DNA of 64,000 nt from an uncultured Armatimonadetes bacterium (GTDB lineage Bacteria > Armatimonadota > Hebobacteria > Hebobacterales > Hebobacteraceae): assembly GCA_963716175.1 (NCBI GenBank), contig OY970296.1, positions 3,008,001 to 3,072,000 on the forward strand, given 5' to 3'. Positions 39,043 through 49,487 of the stretch are shown here, one piece after another. Each line of letters opens with the position of its first letter. Positions within the stretch are counted from its first letter, which is position 1. Under the pieces are notes generated by a model, which saw nothing but the letters and a program-made list of their open reading frames with translations, made no database searches and was not told where the DNA came from. The translations under genes were made by a program, and so were the position numbers.

Positions 39043-39115
39043 TAGGCCGTCTGGGATTCGAACCCAGGACACCCGGATTAAAAGTCCGGTGCTCTACCGA
39101 CTGAGCTAACGGCCC
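39043..39115 (-). tRNA. tRNA-Lys(UUU), CCA not encoded
   Basis: GGGCCGTTAGCTCAGTCGGTAGAGCACCGGACTTTTAATCCGG...GGTTCGAATCCC..ACGGCCTA cloverleaf. Confidence 0.97.
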
Positions 39116-39123
39116 ACACCCAG

Positions 39124-39152
39124 AATCTACCAACAACCTCCCGCGGTGTCAA
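39124..39152 (-). promoter_or_regulatory. Sigma70 promoter of tRNA-Lys (possibly also aroA-aroC)
   Basis: TTGACA-17bp-TAGATT with TG extension. Confidence 0.7.
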
Positions 39153-39168
39153 TCAGAGGCCTCGTCTT

Positions 39169-39194
39169 GTAGGGCGGGCATTCCCATGCCCGCC
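39169..39194 (+). repeat. GTAG-type REP-like palindrome
   Basis: GTAG-GGCGGGCAT-TCCC-ATGCCCGCC. Confidence 0.7.
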
Positions 39195-39272
39195 GCCTGT
39201 TCTGCAATCCGGTTTGACCTCCGCCGCTCGGGCATGCTAGAATCCCGTGAAAGCCGTCTGGCCGAGGCCTGC

Positions 39273-40026
39273 GTGATCCCTTTCCGCGACGACAACCCGA
39301 CCCGCTCTGTCCCCATCGTCACCATCGGCCTCATCGCCGTCAATGTCGCGGTCTACCTCTACCAGGTGGTCCTACCCGGCCTGAGGCAGGAGCTTTTCAT
39401 CTACACGCACGCCGCCATACCGGCGGTGTTGCTGGGCCAGGTGGGGCTGGAGCAAGTCCTGCCTCACCAGCTTCTGGCCGCCGCCCATCACTACCACATA
39501 CCCATCCTCCCGGTTCAGCCCGCCTGGCTCACCATCTTCACCGCCATGTTCATCCACGGCGGGTTCATGCACATCGCCGGCAATATGCTCTATCTCTGGA
39601 TCTTCGGCAACAACGTCGAGGACCTGCTGGGATCCGTGCGCTTCGTCGTCTTCTACTTCATCTGCGGCACGGTGGCGGCTGCACTTCAGATCGCGTTCAG
39701 CCTGCACTCTCCGGTTCCCATGATCGGCGCCAGCGGCGCCATCGCGGGCGTGCTCGGCGCCTATTACATCAAGTTCCCCCAGGCGCGCGTCCAGTGCCTG
39801 GTGTTCCTTTTCCTCTTCATCACTGTCATCTCGGCTCCCGGCCGGCCTGGTGCTATTGCTCTGGTTCTTGCTGCAGGTCCTCGACAGCCTCGGGACCTTG
39901 GGGCGAAGTGGTGCGCCCGGCGGGGTGGCCGTCTTCGCTCACATCGGTGGCTTTGTTGCCGGCTGGCTTCTCATCCGCCGCTTCGAGCCTCGTCGCCGCC
40001 GTTTCGTCAGGTCCAGCTACTGGTGA
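39273..40026 (+). CDS. Rhomboid intramembrane serine protease (frameshift near 39833)
   Basis: HGGFMHIAGNMLYLWIFG and GASGAIAG; the catalytic AHIGG is in the shifted frame ending at TGA 40026. Confidence 0.85.
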
Positions 40027-40030
40027 CGTG

Positions 40031-40894
40031 CTATTCCTCGGGCGGCGGGCTGGGCGGCACCCCCAGCCGCCTCAACCCATCTTGGGCGTAGACGTTCACC
40101 GGATCGAGCAGGAGCGCAGTCTGATACTCCCGGGTGGCCGCGGCTCGCTCCTGCTTGCGTTCCAGCGCCAGGCCCAGCCAGATGTGGAGCTCCACGCTCT
40201 TGGCATCCAGCGCCACCCCGGACCTCAGCTCCCGCACCGCCTCGGTGAAGTGCCCGCCATCGCGGTAACCCGCCTTGACGAACGCGTCCCCGATATTCAC
40301 GTGGGCCGCGCCAAGTTGGAGGTGAGCATAGGCACGCAGGGCAAGCGGGATCGCGGGCCCGACCTCAGGGGCCGGCGGGGTGGCCGGTTCTACCGGCAGC
40401 GTTCCTGCCACCGCCGCCGCGACGGTCTCGCGAATCGTCGTTGGCACTGTCGGCCCGTAGCCGATGAAGCGAGCCCGGGCGACGCCCTTCCGATCAATCA
40501 CCCACAGGTCGGGCACTCCATTCACGCCGAAGGCGCGCGCGACGCCCCCTTCATCCAGCAGCATACGGTAGGTCAGCTCGTTCTGCTTGGCGAACTCCGC
40601 CACCGTGTCCTGGTCCTCGCGCTCGTTGATCCCCAGTGCCACCAGGCCCCTCTCGCCGAATTCCCGCGATAGCTCTTGGAGCTGCTTCAGCTCCTCCGGG
40701 CAGTGCTTTCCCCAGGTCGCCCAGAAAGAGATCACCACCACGCTACCCGACAGACCCGACAGCGAGATCACCTCTCCTTCGGTAGAGGTCAACGAGAAGC
40801 CGGGCGCCGGCTCCCCTTTCTGCAGAGCCCAGACCGGCCCCGTCGCGAGCGCCACCAGTGTGGCCCAGAGGGCGATCCATCGGCGGATCATCAT
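40031..40894 (-). CDS. Secreted TlpA/redoxin-domain protein with C-terminal TPR
   Basis: APGFSL, FWATWGKHC, FGVNGVP; TPR-like tail. Confidence 0.8.
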   Translation of the reverse strand: MMIRRWIALWATLVALATGPVWALQKGEPAPGFSLTSTEGEVISLSGLSGSVVVISFWATWGKHCPEELKQLQELSREFGERGLVALGINEREDQDTVAEFAKQNELTYRMLLDEGGVARAFGVNGVPDLWVIDRKGVARARFIGYGPTVPTTIRETVAAAVAGTLPVEPATPPAPEVGPAIPLALRAYAHLQLGAAHVNIGDAFVKAGYRDGGHFTEAVRELRSGVALDAKSVELHIWLGLALERKQERAAATREYQTALLLDPVNVYAQDGLRRLGVPPSPPPEE

Positions 40895-41072
40895 TGCTCT
40901 CCCTTCACTCCGGGTAATGCGGACCCGGATGCTCACCACTACCATGGGTGCCCGGTCTGTCAGTCATATTAACACACGTCGCGTCTGCCTTGCAGGCAGC
41001 AGACGCGACGCAGTTGCCAGTCAGTCACGACACCTACATTTCGCGGACCATGCCGGCCGCGACCACTACGAG

Positions 41073-42858
41073 CTAACGAAGGGCCAGCTCCGTAGTCAAC
41101 CTGAACCCATAGTCCAGGCTGGGGGGAATCTGCCGCGGCCCTTGCTCTCCCGGCGCCCGGCCAGCTCCTCTCGCCGCGCCCCCTCGCTGTGCGGTTCTGC
41201 CGCGCGGGCACCGCCCCTCGCGGCACCACCGCGCGTGCCGGCGCCGCCGCGCGCAGCACCTCCGCGCGCGCCGCCACGCATGCCGCCTCGGCCACCGCCT
41301 CCTCGTCCGCCGCCACCACCGCCTCGCATTCCTCCGCCGCCGCGCCTGCCGCCGGTCAGCGCCAGCGCATAGCCCCCATCCGGCCCGAGGCTGGCCCGCT
41401 GGCTTGCCCCGGCCCGGAATTCGACTTTGCCTCGAATGGTATCCTCGGTGTGCACTATGCGCCCGCTCTCGCGGGTGACATAGGTGATGCGCTCACCCTC
41501 CAGGGTGACCAAGCGCGCGCTCTCCAAGGCCTGCGGCGTGATGCGCCCCGCGCCTCCAGGCGCCGCCTGTCCAGTTCGGCCCCGCGCCGCGCCCCGCCGC
41601 GCCCCGCCTCCACGTGCAGTAGCGCCAGCTCGCGCCGCCCCGCCGCGCGTCCCGCCCCTGCCCCCGGCGCCGCCGCGCATGCCCCCACCGGCTCTCATGC
41701 CCCCACCACGCGCCCCCCGCCGCCGCGCATGCCTCCACCTCCCCGCCGGCCTCCGGTCAGCGCCACCTGGAACCCGTCGCCGATCGCGGCTGCGGCGGTC
41801 GTCTGCGGTTGAGCTGCAGGCGCCTTCTCTAACAGCGGCAGTTCCGGCAAAGTATAGCTGGAGCTCACCACCGCGCACTCCCGTCCCCGGAACCAGCGCA
41901 ATCCCTCGAAGGTATGCCGCGCTTGCACGAAGATCGCGCGTCGTGTGTAGAGGTCGTAGACCGCGCCCAGCGGCGACTCCCAGGTGTCCCCAGGGAGGAC
42001 TGGATAGTCGGCGAAGGCCAGCGAAACCTCGCCCAGCCCCAGCCGCGGCCGATTGGTGGCGGAGGAGGCCGGGATGGTCAGCCCGTTGCGCGAGACCTGC
42101 ACCATGGTGTACTGCCCCACCTCTGGCACCGACTGTCTCAGCGCCTCCGCCGTCAGGCTGGCCGTCCGCAGCCGGTTCCGCACCAGGGCCGTGACTCCCT
42201 CGTAATAGGCATCCAGCACCGTCTGGTTCAGCTCCCCACGCAGCTCGCCTGCGAGCACGTCGAACCCCTGCGGCAGCACCTGGTCCGCTCTCAGCGCAGA
42301 CATCTCGCCCCGCCCGGTCACGATCCGGTTGAAGATATCGTGCTCGCCGAACTTCACCGTTAGCAGCACCCCGCCCTCCGGCGTCGGGATGGTGTTCTCC
42401 ACTAGCACCTTGATCGAGCTGCTCCCGGCATAGTTCCCGGAGTTGTCATAGGCGTCGGCCCGGATGATGTGTGAGCCGTCTGCTACAGTGCTCGTATCCC
42501 ACCGCACCTCATAGGGGGAGGTGCTGGCATACACGAACTCCCCGTCCACTCGGAAGACTACATATCCGGAACCGCCCGGCCAGTCCCCTTTCACCACTGC
42601 CACCCCCCGCAGCTTAGCCTCGGATTGGGGGGATACGATCTCGAACCCTGGCAGCGGCGCCGGTTGCTTCGGAGCCGCGGCTGGGCCCGCTGGTTTGGTC
42701 GCGCCACTCTTGGCCGGCTGCTTCTGCCCCTTGCCGGGGACCGGGCTAACGCGGCCTCCTCGCTGCGCCCCCCAGAGCAATCCCACGCTGGCGCTCGCCA
42801 CCAGCGCCGCCAGTGCAATCACCCCTGCCAGCCGCCTGCTCCCATCTCGTCTCGCCAT
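41073..42858 (-). CDS. Secreted Ig-like domain protein with two Gly/Arg-rich tracts (frameshifts near 41715 and 41150)
   Basis: Signal/TM segment; WDTSTVADGSHIIRADAYD (bacterial Ig-like); reading continues across frames to ...LDYGFRLTTELALR-stop. Confidence 0.6.
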
Positions 42859-43074
42859 TACCCGCTCCTCCACATCCGCCCTCACCGGATTAGACTCCCC
42901 CGAATCTCCCGGAGTTCCTCTCCAGCCCTCGCCGGCCCAGCGCCACCTAGTCTCGCCCCACCCAGGCGGCAGAGCCACTGCGCCGCCAGGGCCGGCCGTC
43001 ATTATAGTCCAAACCCAAACTGGCTTCAACCGGTTGCTAGTCGCACGCTTCCGCCGACTGCGCCCATGACAGGC

Positions 43075-43104
43075 TTGACAAAGCCAAACCGCCTCCAGTA
43101 TCAT
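43075..43104 (+). promoter_or_regulatory. Sigma70-like promoter upstream of the HNH gene
   Basis: TTGACA-18bp-TATCAT. Confidence 0.45.
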
Positions 43105-43350
43105 CGCAGCTAGTGAACTGCCGTTGGCGGCAGGCGAGATGGATCTGGGATGAACCAGTACCCACCTATCGAGATACGGACCGGTCGGGACCAGCTAGAG
43201 CCGGTGCTGGTGCTGACCGCTTACTTCTCAGACCGGGCCAGAGGAGCTGTGGAGCCCTCAGGCCCGTCGGCGCGCCCATCGCTGGCGGGTTCTGCCATTT
43301 CGGCACACCTATCCCGGGCCGCCGCCCCCGCCAGACGTGAGGCCTAGCTG

Positions 43351-43881
43351 ATGGACGGAGTTCTAGTACTCAACCACAACTACCAGCCCCTGAACGTCAC
43401 CAACGTGCGCCGCGCCCTGGGCATGCTCTGGCTGGGCAAAGCGCATACGGTGGAGAGGGACTCCAAGGTCTTCCGCGCCGAGCGCCTCGAGATAGAGATG
43501 CCCACCGTAGTGCGTCTGAACCACTATGTGCGCCGGCCCACGCCGGTGCTGCACATTTCGCGGAAGAGCGTGTTCGCGCGCGACCACCACACCTGCCAGT
43601 ACTGCGGCGCCCACAACGTCTCCCTCACCATAGATCATGTCATGCCGAAGGAGAGGGGAGGCGGCACCGACTGGGACAACCTGGTGTGCTGCTGCACCGC
43701 GTGCAACAACAAGAAGGGCAACCGCACCCCGGAGGAAGTCGGCATGCGCCTGCGTCGCCGGCCCTTCCGCCCCAAGTTCATCCCCTATATCAGCTACACC
43801 AAGTTCCTCGCCGCCGCTGCCAATCCCACCTGGCGGCCCTACCTCGCGCCCTACGCCGACCTCCCGTCGCTCTCCCTGTAG
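43351..43881 (+). CDS. HNH endonuclease (McrA-like)
   Basis: RDHHTCQYCG, TIDHVMP..RGG, NLV.CC..CN..KG. Confidence 0.9.
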   Translation: MDGVLVLNHNYQPLNVTNVRRALGMLWLGKAHTVERDSKVFRAERLEIEMPTVVRLNHYVRRPTPVLHISRKSVFARDHHTCQYCGAHNVSLTIDHVMPKERGGGTDWDNLVCCCTACNNKKGNRTPEEVGMRLRRRPFRPKFIPYISYTKFLAAAANPTWRPYLAPYADLPSLSL

Positions 43882-43908
43882 GGCGGGCATGCCGAAGGCA
43901 TCCCCGCC
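43878..43908 (+). repeat. GTAG-type REP-like palindrome between convergent genes
   Basis: GTAG-GGCGGGCATGCC-GAA-GGCATCCCCGCC. Confidence 0.6.
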
Positions 43909-43914
43909 GCTCGT

Positions 43915-45096
43915 CTACGGCCTCATCGCCAATTCCAGCGCCAGCCTCGCCACCTCTTCCGCCGCTCGCGGCCGCCCCAGCGATCTGCTGGCCTGGGCCA
44001 TCCGATTGCGCCTGGCGTCATCCCACAGCAGCTCCTCCAGCACCTGCGCCAGCCGTTCCGCCGTCAGCTGCGCATCAGAGATGATGACCGCGGCCCCGGC
44101 CTTTGCCAGCGGCTCGGCGTTCTGCTGCTGCTCTCCCGTGCTCGCACCAGACCACGGGATGAGCACACTGGGCAGGCCCCGCGCGGTCAGCTCGGCCACT
44201 GTGCTCGCGCCCGCTCGCGACACTACCAGATCGGCGGCCGCCAGGGCCGCCGGTAGCTCTGCTCCCAGATAGGGGAGGGCGCGGTAACTCGGCGCCACCG
44301 CGCGCGCTTCCTCCGGCGCCAGTGAGACCGGATGCTGTCGGCCCGTGACGTGCAGCACCTGGAGTCCATGCAGCCGGCCGCCCTCGGCCATCATCCGGAG
44401 CGCCCCCACCAGCGCCTCGTTGATGGGCCGCGATCCCAGGCTGCCGCCGAGCGCCAGCAGTGTGGTCCACCCCGGGTCGAGCCCCAGCGCCCCCGCCCCC
44501 TCCTGCCGCATGGCCTCCACCACTTCCCGCCGCACCGGCAGCCCGGTTACCACTACTCGCGCCGATGGGCGCACTCGTGCCGCGAAGAAGGCCTCTTGCT
44601 CCGGCCAGGCCACTGCCATCACCTCGACCAACTTGGCCGCCGCGCGGCTGGTCCACCCCGGCGTTCGGTTTCCCTCCAGGGCCAGCGAGGGGATGCCCAG
44701 CAGGCGCGCCGCCAGCAGCACCGGACCCGAGACATAGCCGCCCGCGCCGATCACCACCTGAGGCCAGCAGCCGCGGAGCGCGCCTAGGCTCTGGAACAGC
44801 GGAATCCCCAGCGCCAGTTCCGCCGCTGCCCGCGCCCGCCGGCCCAGACCCCCGAGCCCGCGGCCCGCCAGGCCGTGCGCCGAGATGGCGCGGAACTCGT
44901 AGCCGGCCGCCGGCACCACCTGGGCCTCCATCCGATCGCCCCCGATGAACAGCAGCCGGACCTCCGGCCTCAGCCGCCGCAGTTCCGCCGCCACCGCCAG
45001 CGCCGGGTAGACGTGACCGCCCGTGCCGCCGGCGGCCAGCACCACGGAGCGCGCGGTCGCTCCTGCTGCGCCTTCGCGCGTGCGCGGGGCCTTCAC
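43915..45096 (-). CDS. murG: UDP-GlcNAc:lipid I transferase
   Basis: GGTGGHVYP, GGYVS, GGSLGS, SRAGAST; GTGA overlap with ftsA. Confidence 0.95.
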   Translation of the reverse strand: MKAPRTREGAAGATARSVVLAAGGTGGHVYPALAVAAELRRLRPEVRLLFIGGDRMEAQVVPAAGYEFRAISAHGLAGRGLGGLGRRARAAAELALGIPLFQSLGALRGCWPQVVIGAGGYVSGPVLLAARLLGIPSLALEGNRTPGWTSRAAAKLVEVMAVAWPEQEAFFAARVRPSARVVVTGLPVRREVVEAMRQEGAGALGLDPGWTTLLALGGSLGSRPINEALVGALRMMAEGGRLHGLQVLHVTGRQHPVSLAPEEARAVAPSYRALPYLGAELPAALAAADLVVSRAGASTVAELTARGLPSVLIPWSGASTGEQQQNAEPLAKAGAAVIISDAQLTAERLAQVLEELLWDDARRNRMAQASRSLGRPRAAEEVARLALELAMRP

Positions 45097-46343
45097 GAGC
45101 TGAACAGCTCCCTCACCCAGGCCACCACCCGACCCAGGACGGGCAGCGCCCGCACCCGCCTCCTGGGCCGGGCGCGGCGCGACTCGGCCTCCCGATGGGC
45201 ATAGTAGACCAGTCCCACGCCGGTGGCCAGCGCTGGCGTCTCCAGCATCTCCACCGGCCCCGATGCCACCCGCGGTCTCCCCAGTCTCGCCCGGCAGCCG
45301 AGTGCCTTCTCTGCCACCGAGGTTAGGCCTGGCAGCAGGCTGCCTCCCCCCGTGAGCACCGCTCCCCCTGGAGGCCGCCATCCCTGTCCACCGGCCGTGT
45401 GGCGGGTGCCCTCCAGCCTGGCCACCTCGTGCGCCACCAGGTTGAAGGTCTCTTCCACTCTGGCCTCGATCACCTCCGCTGCCAGCCGCCGGCTCAGGCT
45501 CCGCTCTTCCTCGCCCGGCAGCACGATCATCTCTTCCTCCGGGACCAGTGCCGCCTGGCAGCAGCCGTGGGTCAGCTTCACCTGCTCCGCCTGGGAGTGG
45601 GTGATGCCCAGGGCCACCGCCAGGTCGTGGGTCACGTTGCTCCCGCCCACCGGAACCGCGCCGGTGAACGCGATACTCCCCTCGAGGAAGAGGCCGAGAT
45701 CGGTGGTGCCGCCGCCCACGTCAACCAGCAGCACCCCGAGTTCCTCCTCCTCCGGGGTGAGCACCGCGTCGGCTCCCGCCAGGGGCTCGGCCACCAGTTC
45801 GGCCACCTCCAGGCCGGCCTGCTCCACCGCCTTCACCACATTCGCGACCAGGTTTCGGGAAGCGGTGATGATGTGGGTCTCGACCGCCAGGCGGTTGGCT
45901 GCGAGCCCGACAGGATTGCGCACCCTCGGCTCGGCGTCCGCCCAGAACCCCCGGGAGATGGCGTGAATCATCCGGCGGTCAGAGGACAGCGACACTGCAT
46001 TCACCGCCGCGCTCATCACCCGCTCCACATCATCCCATGTCACCTCGTGATGGGCGCGCGCAATCTGGATCTCACCCCGGGAGTTCAGGCAGGAGATGTG
46101 CTGCCCCGTCACCCCCACCCAGGCCGCCCCCAGCTCCACCCCGGCCATGCGCTGCGCCCTCGCCACCGCCTCCCGCACCCCCCGCGTGGTCTCGGCCACG
46201 TCCACGACAGTTCCCCGCTTCAGCCCCGCGCAGGGCACCGAGGCCGCCCCCAGCAGCGTCACCTCGGCCCCGCGCTGCCCCACCACCGCGGCCACCTTCG
46301 TGGTGCCGATATCCAGACCCAGGAGGGTCTCCGGCCCGGCCAA
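45093..46343 (-). CDS. ftsA: Cell division protein FtsA
   Basis: GLDIGTTK, DVGGGTTD, VLTGGGS. Confidence 0.95.
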   Translation of the reverse strand: MAGPETLLGLDIGTTKVAAVVGQRGAEVTLLGAASVPCAGLKRGTVVDVAETTRGVREAVARAQRMAGVELGAAWVGVTGQHISCLNSRGEIQIARAHHEVTWDDVERVMSAAVNAVSLSSDRRMIHAISRGFWADAEPRVRNPVGLAANRLAVETHIITASRNLVANVVKAVEQAGLEVAELVAEPLAGADAVLTPEEEELGVLLVDVGGGTTDLGLFLEGSIAFTGAVPVGGSNVTHDLAVALGITHSQAEQVKLTHGCCQAALVPEEEMIVLPGEEERSLSRRLAAEVIEARVEETFNLVAHEVARLEGTRHTAGGQGWRPPGGAVLTGGGSLLPGLTSVAEKALGCRARLGRPRVASGPVEMLETPALATGVGLVYYAHREAESRRARPRRRVRALPVLGRVVAWVRELFSS

Positions 46344-46441
46344 TCGCCGCCTCCATCACAGGGAATCACGAACTCAGAGTGACTAGGCGAGTCTGCGGCG
46401 CCAGCACCGCTCGGTCCTGCCGCTCCGCCGCCCCGGGCGGT

Positions 46442-46810
46442 CTAGTGCGAGGGCGTGGCATGCCGCGCTCGGTGCGCCTCCAGCCGCGCCCTCACAAACA
46501 ACCCCCGGATCCGGCCCAGGTTGGTGAAGATCCGTATCCCCAGCGCCACCACCACCGCCAGATAGAGATCCACCCCGAGCTTATCGCCAAGGTAGGCCAA
46601 CAGGATCGCCACTCCCATGTTCACGAAGAAGCCGCTCACGAACACGGCCTCGTCGAACTGGCCTTCCAGCCGCGCCCGCACCGCTCCGATGAGGGCATCC
46701 AGCCCGGCCAGGATGGCGATGGCCGCATAGTCGGCCCAGGAGGAGGGGATGGCGAATCGGTAGACCAGCAGGAAGCCCAGCACCAGCGCGACCACCGGAA
46801 GCAGGATCAC
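46442..46810 (-). CDS. sbp: Small basic protein (DUF1290)
   Basis: AILAGLDALIGAVRA, FVSGFFVN, LGVDLYLA. Confidence 0.85.
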   Translation of the reverse strand: MILLPVVALVLGFLLVYRFAIPSSWADYAAIAILAGLDALIGAVRARLEGQFDEAVFVSGFFVNMGVAILLAYLGDKLGVDLYLAVVVALGIRIFTNLGRIRGLFVRARLEAHRARHATPSH

Positions 46811-47553
46811 GGCGTCTCCTCCGTGACCGGCTTGGCGTACTTGTACTTCGGGGCAATCGCAATCGGCGGGACCACCAGGTCGTCCTTCGCCGTCAGCTTC
46901 ACTCGGAACTTCGCTGACCGCAGCCGATCCAGGAGACCGTCACGAATGCTCAAGGCAGAGGTCAGGTTATCCTTGTTGCCGATCGCCCGGAACGTGAACG
47001 GGCCGGAGATGGTGGTGTTGTTCACCTGGATGAGAGGGCCGGAGCATCTGATCGCCGTCCCCGACACCAGGCGCTGACCGTTCAGCGAGAGCGCCTCCGC
47101 CCCGGCCGCCCACAGCTCATTGGCGAACTGGACCAGGTCGAAATCGTGGATCAAGAAGATGTCCTGACTCCCGATCTCATTGTCCTGCGTGCGCATGGTG
47201 CTGTCGCCCAGCTCCACTTCCACGCCCGGCCCCTTCACCGGCAGCAGGCCGAGCGCCACGCGGCTGGCCTGCAGTTCCTGGTAGACCCGCTGCGTCACCC
47301 CCTTATCGCTCATCGCCTCCTTCTCGAACTTCCCCACCTGGGCGCGCAGATGTGCGATCTCCTTCGACTGCAGCTCTAGCTGCGTCTGGCTGTTGCTCAG
47401 CATGCTGATCAGGGCACTGCTGCGCCGTCCCGCCTCCGCCGCTCCTCGCAGCTTCTGCGTGTGCACCTGCACTCCCAACAGCCCACCCAGCACCAGGCAA
47501 ATCCCGGACACTGGTAGCGTCCAGGTCTTTCCCGCCTCCCAGAATTCGCGCAT
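46807..47553 (-). CDS. DUF881 family protein
   Basis: GPGV, IHDFDL, NELWAAGAEA, NGQR. Confidence 0.85.
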   Translation of the reverse strand: MREFWEAGKTWTLPVSGICLVLGGLLGVQVHTQKLRGAAEAGRRSSALISMLSNSQTQLELQSKEIAHLRAQVGKFEKEAMSDKGVTQRVYQELQASRVALGLLPVKGPGVEVELGDSTMRTQDNEIGSQDIFLIHDFDLVQFANELWAAGAEALSLNGQRLVSGTAIRCSGPLIQVNNTTISGPFTFRAIGNKDNLTSALSIRDGLLDRLRSAKFRVKLTAKDDLVVPPIAIAPKYKYAKPVTEETP

Positions 47554-47586
47554 TCCGACCTCACTCCCCCCGCACTCGCAGCCTGC

Positions 47587-48393
47587 TCATCGCCGTCCCA
47601 CCGCCGCTGCAACATTTCTGGCCAATCGAGGGCGCCAGTAGGGAGCCCGGGGATCACTCAGATCCATGTATGCTATCTGATCCGGCCCCAGGCGATCGAG
47701 CGCCGCAGCCAGCAGCTTGATCTTCGCCTCCATCTGCTCCGCTCCGCCCAGCCGCACTGTCGCGCCCGAGTCCAGCACCGCCTCCACCTCGTTCTCGCCC
47801 ACTCGCTCGAGGCGCGCCACCTGCAGCCGCGGGTCTGGCCCCAGCGCCCGCAGCACCGCCAGCAGTTCCGCCAGCTCCGCTCTGCCAGCCGCAGTGCCCA
47901 CCTCGGCCTTGGTGAGATGAGGAGCCACCAGCTCGGGCAGCCCCCATCCCCACTCATCGCGGATGCCGAACACCACCCCGTCAGGGTTTACCAGCATCGC
48001 TTGGTCCGCCCGCCGCACCACCGCCACTGCTTCTCGCCGCTCCACCGTCACCATCAGGCGGCCGGGGAAGCTTCGCACCACCTCCGCCCGTGCCACCACT
48101 GGCACCCTCTCCGCCCGTTCCTCCAGCAGTCGCACGGGCGCGCGGAAGAAGTTCGTGTCTGCCGGCAGCTTGACGCGAGCCGCTACCTGCTCGGCCACCT
48201 TGGGATCTCCCCGCAGCACTACCTCCCTCACCGCGAAACGGGGCGAGGTGAAGGGAATGCACAGCAGCTCGACGGCCAGCGCGGCCGCCGCCCCCGCGGT
48301 CAGCAGCCGCAGCCGCCTCAGCCCGCGGGCCGCCGGCCGCTCGCGAGAAACCGTCGCGCTCAGCCTGGGCCTATAGGGCGCGCCTTGTGCCAT
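47587..48393 (-). CDS. ftsQ: Cell division protein FtsQ/DivIB
   Basis: TM then POTRA (SPRFAVREV, FPGRL.V.V.ER); position in the dcw cluster. Confidence 0.8.
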   Translation of the reverse strand: MAQGAPYRPRLSATVSRERPAARGLRRLRLLTAGAAAALAVELLCIPFTSPRFAVREVVLRGDPKVAEQVAARVKLPADTNFFRAPVRLLEERAERVPVVARAEVVRSFPGRLMVTVERREAVAVVRRADQAMLVNPDGVVFGIRDEWGWGLPELVAPHLTKAEVGTAAGRAELAELLAVLRALGPDPRLQVARLERVGENEVEAVLDSGATVRLGGAEQMEAKIKLLAAALDRLGPDQIAYMDLSDPRAPYWRPRLARNVAAAVGRR

Positions 48394-49480
48394 CGCTCCC
48401 CCGCTCCTCCAGTGCCAGCTCGATCAGTCTGTCCACCAATCGCGGGAAGCTGATCCCGGCCGCCTCCGCCGCTCGCGGCAGCAGGCTGGTGTCGGTTAGG
48501 CCCGGGATCGTCTGCAGCTCGAGCACGTACACCTCATCGGATGCCACGATCATGTCCACGCGGGACATGCCCCGACATCCCAGCGCCCGGTGCGCGGCCA
48601 GCGTCAGCTCCCGCGCTCGCACCGCCTGGGCCTCGGGGATGCGGGCCGGGACGATCTCCTCCGTCGCGCCCGGGGTGTACTTGGCCTCATAGTCGTAGAA
48701 CTCCCGCGACGGCACGATCTCGATCAGTGGCAGCATCTGGGGATCATCATTGCCCAACACCGGCCCGGTGATCTCAATCCCCGAGATGAATCTCTCGGCC
48801 AGCGCTTCCCGCCCATACTGGAAGGCCAGGTCCAACGCCGGCTCCAGTTGCTCTTGCTCCCTCACGATGGTCACGCCGATGGAGGAGCCTTCGGAAGCCG
48901 GCTTCACCACGCAGGGCAGGCCCACCTGAGATAGCACTTGCGCTCCCGCGCTTCCGCGCTCCGAGGCCCGCAGCGGCACCCACTCCGGCGTGGGTATACC
49001 CTCCCGCTCGAACAGCTTCTTGGCGATGATCTTGTTCAGCGCCATCGCGCTTGCCAGCACCCCGGAGCCGACGTAGGGAATCCCGAACAGGTCGAGCATC
49101 CCCTGCACGGTTCCGTTCTCGCCCGCCCCTCCGTGCAAGGCGATGAACACGACATCGGGTCCGCCCGCAGGCTGCTCCGCCAGACAGGCGTCGCGCCCTG
49201 TCTCCCGCGCCAGCGCGCGCGACGGTCCTGGGTCCCGACCTGTTGCCTCTCTTCCTCCGGAAGTGACCGCGGCCAGCGCTTTGGGATCATAACCCTGGGG
49301 CGACATCAGCGCCCCGGCGAGGTCTGCCGCCCTCTGCCCTGTGATTTCGGCCAAGTCCACGGCCGCCGCGTCATAGCGCGCCGGATCCAGGGCGGCCATC
49401 ACCTTCGTCCCGCTCTTCAGGCAGATCTCCCGCTCGGCCGATGTCCCCCCGGTGAGCACCACCACCTTCAACCGCGCCAT
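48371..49480 (-). CDS. ddl: D-Ala-D-Ala ligase
   Basis: GGTSAERE, LHGGAGENG, GSSIG, YDYEAKY. Confidence 0.95.
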   Translation of the reverse strand: MARLKVVVLTGGTSAEREICLKSGTKVMAALDPARYDAAAVDLAEITGQRAADLAGALMSPQGYDPKALAAVTSGGREATGRDPGPSRALARETGRDACLAEQPAGGPDVVFIALHGGAGENGTVQGMLDLFGIPYVGSGVLASAMALNKIIAKKLFEREGIPTPEWVPLRASERGSAGAQVLSQVGLPCVVKPASEGSSIGVTIVREQEQLEPALDLAFQYGREALAERFISGIEITGPVLGNDDPQMLPLIEIVPSREFYDYEAKYTPGATEEIVPARIPEAQAVRARELTLAAHRALGCRGMSRVDMIVASDEVYVLELQTIPGLTDTSLLPRAAEAAGISFPRLVDRLIELALEERGSDGTRRAL

Positions 49481-49487
49481 ACCCTCA

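Noticed and set aside
38960-39136. N-terminal extension of aroA in the ORF track
   Set aside because: It runs through tRNA-Lys; AroA homology starts at ATG 38959.
41150-41770. GC-rich repeats as a CRISPR array or non-coding repeat
   Set aside because: There is no constant repeat with unique spacers and no cas gene; the repeats encode Gly/Arg tracts.
43150-43347. 65-aa ORF or structured leader before the HNH gene
   Set aside because: No recognisable motif or RNA family signature.
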